Assembly (NCBI GenBank): GCA_021108215.1
Contig: JAIORK010000036.1
Span: forward strand, 22,948-86,947
Origin: a bacterium
Lineage (GTDB): Bacteria; Oederibacteriota; JAAXVQ01; JAUVAV01
DNA length: 64,000 nt
Direction of reading: 5' to 3'
Below are positions 61,474 through 64,000 of the stretch, piece by piece; position 1 is the first letter of the stretch; each line of letters begins with the position of its first letter. Under the pieces are notes generated by a model, which did not search any database, was not told the DNA's origin, and saw only the letters and a program-made list of their open reading frames with translations. The position numbers were made by a program, and so were the translations under genes.

Positions 61474-62988
61474 TTATCTGCCATGCAGCAACAAAATATT
61501 AATCGCGTCTTTGGCGCGCTCCACCTGAAGATCTCCCTCCAGCTTGATTTTTCTGGCCGCCTTTACGCCTTTTACTTTCCTTACAATTTCCTGACGAACA
61601 CGGTTGAGAATAAAGTGAAGGTCCTCGTTGAGCTGCGCCTTATTGATCTCAATGTGTTCATCCTTAAGCCATTTCTGAAAAGCATTTTTGAGTTTTTCAT
61701 CCCTGGTTTTGGGTTTCAATTTTTTCCAGGAGCTTTCAGATACTTTAACATTTTCATGCTCTTTCTCTTCCGCCGACTCGCCTTTGGGATGCAGTTTTAA
61801 ATAATGCATGGTAAATTCCTCAAAAGCCCGTGCCTTGATGAGCGAGACCATAAACTCATTGGGCCGGTAGGGTTCAACCGTCATATCCGGTGCAATCCCA
61901 TTGCCATGGATCATCTGTCCTTTGGGAGTTAGATACCGCGCCGTGGTCATGCGCAATGCCGAACCGTCACCCAACGGTACGATGGTCTGAACCGATCCTT
62001 TGCCGAACGAATTTTCTCCCACAATAACGCCGAGATTCCAGTCTTGAATGGCGCCGGCCACGATCTCCGAAGCGGATGCCGACCCGCGGTTTACCAGGAC
62101 AGCCAAGGGAATGTCCTTAAAAGGACGCATGGTTGAGGAGAAAAAACGGATATTCTGGGATTTATGCCGGCCTTCGGTGTACACAATCAATTTCCCCTGG
62201 GGCACAAAATATTCGGCAATCTCGGCCGCCATGTTAAGCAATCCGCCGGGATTATTACGCAGATCAAGAATAAGGCCTTTCATGCCATTGTTTTCCAATG
62301 TCCGCAGCGCTTTGTTGAAATCATCGCCGGTCCGTTCCATAAACTCAGTAAGCCGAATATACCCAATTTCGCCTTCCAGCATTTCATGCCGGATTGACTG
62401 AATTTTAATCGTATCACGAATGATGGCGACATCAATCCAATCTTCTTCTCCCCGGCGGCGGACGGTCAATTCACATTTGGTGCCTTTTAAACCGCGCATT
62501 TTATGCACCGCATCCATAATCGTGATGCCTTCCGTGCTCTCATCATCAATTTTCATAATCTCATCACCCGGTTGCAGACCCGCCCGGTAGGCCGGTGTAC
62601 CGTCAATCGGGGTGACAATGGTCAACTGATTGTTGCGAACGGAAATCTCTATGCCTAGACCGCCGAAGCTCCCCTTGGTATCCTGACGCATATCTTTGTA
62701 GCTCTGCGGGTCCATAAACTGGCTGTAAGGGTCCAGCTCAGCCACCATGCCTTTGATTGCGCCGTAGACCAGATCTTTCTGGTTTATTTTTTCCACATCA
62801 ACATAATTATTTTTAATCAGGGACATGGACTGAATCAGCGGGCGCAGACTTTCATAGCTGTCTTCCGACAGGCTGATATCCTCGCTGGTAGACCGGGATG
62901 CGCCGGAAAGCCAGCCCCCGAAAAATCCAAAAAGACTGAGTGATAATACCGTTGTGGTAATCCAAAGGGTTTTCTTTAAATTCATCAT
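61474..62988 (-). CDS. ctpA: Carboxyl-terminal processing protease (S41 family) with PDZ domain
   Basis: PDZ (GGLGIEISVRNNQLTIVTPIDGTPAYRAGLQPGDEI), catalytic region NRGSASASEI and K in LRNNPGG context; N-terminal signal/TM. Confidence 0.88.
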   Translation of the reverse strand: MMNLKKTLWITTTVLSLSLFGFFGGWLSGASRSTSEDISLSEDSYESLRPLIQSMSLIKNNYVDVEKINQKDLVYGAIKGMVAELDPYSQFMDPQSYKDMRQDTKGSFGGLGIEISVRNNQLTIVTPIDGTPAYRAGLQPGDEIMKIDDESTEGITIMDAVHKMRGLKGTKCELTVRRRGEEDWIDVAIIRDTIKIQSIRHEMLEGEIGYIRLTEFMERTGDDFNKALRTLENNGMKGLILDLRNNPGGLLNMAAEIAEYFVPQGKLIVYTEGRHKSQNIRFFSSTMRPFKDIPLAVLVNRGSASASEIVAGAIQDWNLGVIVGENSFGKGSVQTIVPLGDGSALRMTTARYLTPKGQMIHGNGIAPDMTVEPYRPNEFMVSLIKARAFEEFTMHYLKLHPKGESAEEKEHENVKVSESSWKKLKPKTRDEKLKNAFQKWLKDEHIEINKAQLNEDLHFILNRVRQEIVRKVKGVKAARKIKLEGDLQVERAKDAINILLLHGR

Positions 62989-63099
62989 GTAAAACTGCCT
63001 CCTGAAAATTATCCGACTGATAAAAGAATCCGTACCGCTTAACTATCGAATTACTCAAAAAAAACCAAGGTTTTTCAACAGCGATTCAAAAAAACGCCA

Positions 63100-63945
63100 C
63101 TATTTTTCAAGCCAACTTGAGGGATTCAGCGCTTTGCCCCGTTTTCTGATTTCAAAATACAAGACTGGCCCTTTCCAGGTACCGGATTCACCAAGCGTCC
63201 CGATGGCCTGTCCTTCCTTGACCGTATCGCCTTCATTCACCAGGATTTTCCGAAGATGGGCATAGACGGTATTGTAGCCGCCGCCATGATCAAGAATAAT
63301 CATTCGTCCAAAACCTTCAAACCATTCGGCAAAAAGCACCTGACCCTGGCCAACGGAAATCACATTTTGACCGATAGACCCTTTGATGTCAATTCCTTTA
63401 TTATAGATATATGTATTAAAACGCGGATGGCGTGATTTACCAAATTTTGTGACGACTCTTCCCCGTGTCGGCCAGGATAAAGTGCTTTTTCTTTTGGCAA
63501 ACAGCTTGCCATATTGGGCAATACGCTTCTGAATCCTGGACGCCCGCTTTTTCAGCATCGTAATCAATCGGTTTAATTTTTTAGAAGCAGCATCCAATTC
63601 ACGAGCAGCTTTTTCATGCTGGCCCCGCTCCCGGCGGACACCTTTTAAGATTTTTTCCCGTGTATGCTTGTGCTGTTTTATTTTCCCCAGCGTCCGGCGC
63701 GAGGCCGTTTCCATTTCTTCACTTTTTTGTTCCTCGCGTATAAGCTGCCGGGTCCGTTCCAGCAGCATTTTCCGCTCCAGATTCAACCGCTCAACCACAT
63801 AAGCATTTTGCGCGGCAACAACATGAAAAAATTTCATACGGCTCAATGCCTGCGTCATGGTCTGGGAGGTCGCCAGCACCCGCCAGATACCGCTCTGGCG
63901 TTCCCGGTAGATCATCCGCAGCCGCGCAGCCAAAAACTGCTGCAT
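63100..63945 (-). CDS. M23 peptidase-domain protein with N-terminal coiled coil (EnvC-like); N-terminus may extend beyond the listed start toward the window edge
   Basis: C-terminal LytM domain (GIDIKGSIGQNVISVGQGQVLFAEWFEGFGRMIILDHGGGYNTVYAHL), long coiled-coil upstream; ORF begins at first ATG but the frame may continue upstream. Confidence 0.7.
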   Translation of the reverse strand: MQQFLAARLRMIYRERQSGIWRVLATSQTMTQALSRMKFFHVVAAQNAYVVERLNLERKMLLERTRQLIREEQKSEEMETASRRTLGKIKQHKHTREKILKGVRRERGQHEKAARELDAASKKLNRLITMLKKRASRIQKRIAQYGKLFAKRKSTLSWPTRGRVVTKFGKSRHPRFNTYIYNKGIDIKGSIGQNVISVGQGQVLFAEWFEGFGRMIILDHGGGYNTVYAHLRKILVNEGDTVKEGQAIGTLGESGTWKGPVLYFEIRKRGKALNPSSWLEK

Positions 63946-64000
63946 GCGCTTGATTTCCGATTCTGTTTGCGTAATCTGCGTTCGAATATCTATAACTCGG

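Overview
This is a 64 kb bacterial chromosomal window with intermediate GC and no rRNA or CRISPR. It is mostly a housekeeping backbone with three AT-rich accessory islets dominated by toxin-antitoxin (TA) and defense-like modules.

Backbone genes recognised from sequence:
- htpG, an SDR oxidoreductase, mntP, two cspA-family cold-shock genes, and metE behind a cobalamin riboswitch.
- gltX next to tRNA-Glu and tRNA-Gln, a bactofilin plus M23 peptidase pair, parAB, a CheY-like regulator, comM/yifB.
- dnaE, yjbQ, guaA, guaB, and groES-groEL with a CIRCE operator.
- ftsH, spoVS, rsmI, nadE, dusB, tsaD, an S41 C-terminal processing protease and an EnvC-like M23 protein.

One large secreted beta-helix protein carries a type IX secretion system (T9SS) Por C-terminal sorting domain, which points to an FCB-group (Bacteroidota-related) organism.

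Accessory content:
1. A ~6 kb AT-rich island (17.5-23.6 kb) lies against the 3' end of tRNA-Glu and is bounded by an 11-nt tRNA-derived direct repeat. It carries an unknown two-gene operon (777-aa polytopic membrane protein plus 240-aa protein), XRE regulators, a HigBA-like TA pair and a four-helix-bundle protein. Beyond the tRNA are 239-bp tandem repeats of truncated tRNA-Glu and an (CTGTTCTG)n microsatellite.
2. A three-gene TA-like operon at 48.2-49.9 kb: an XRE+Panacea antitoxin, a RelE/Gp49-type toxin and an unknown 181-aa protein.
3. An islet at 54.8-60.1 kb between dusB and tsaD: mazEF, plus a 1280-aa XRE-HTH giant protein translationally coupled to an AbiEii-family nucleotidyltransferase.

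The two uncharacterised operons (17.6-20.7 kb and 55.5-60.1 kb) are the best candidates for an undescribed defense or abortive-infection system. The caspase-like outer-membrane-anchored protein at the window start is also unusual.
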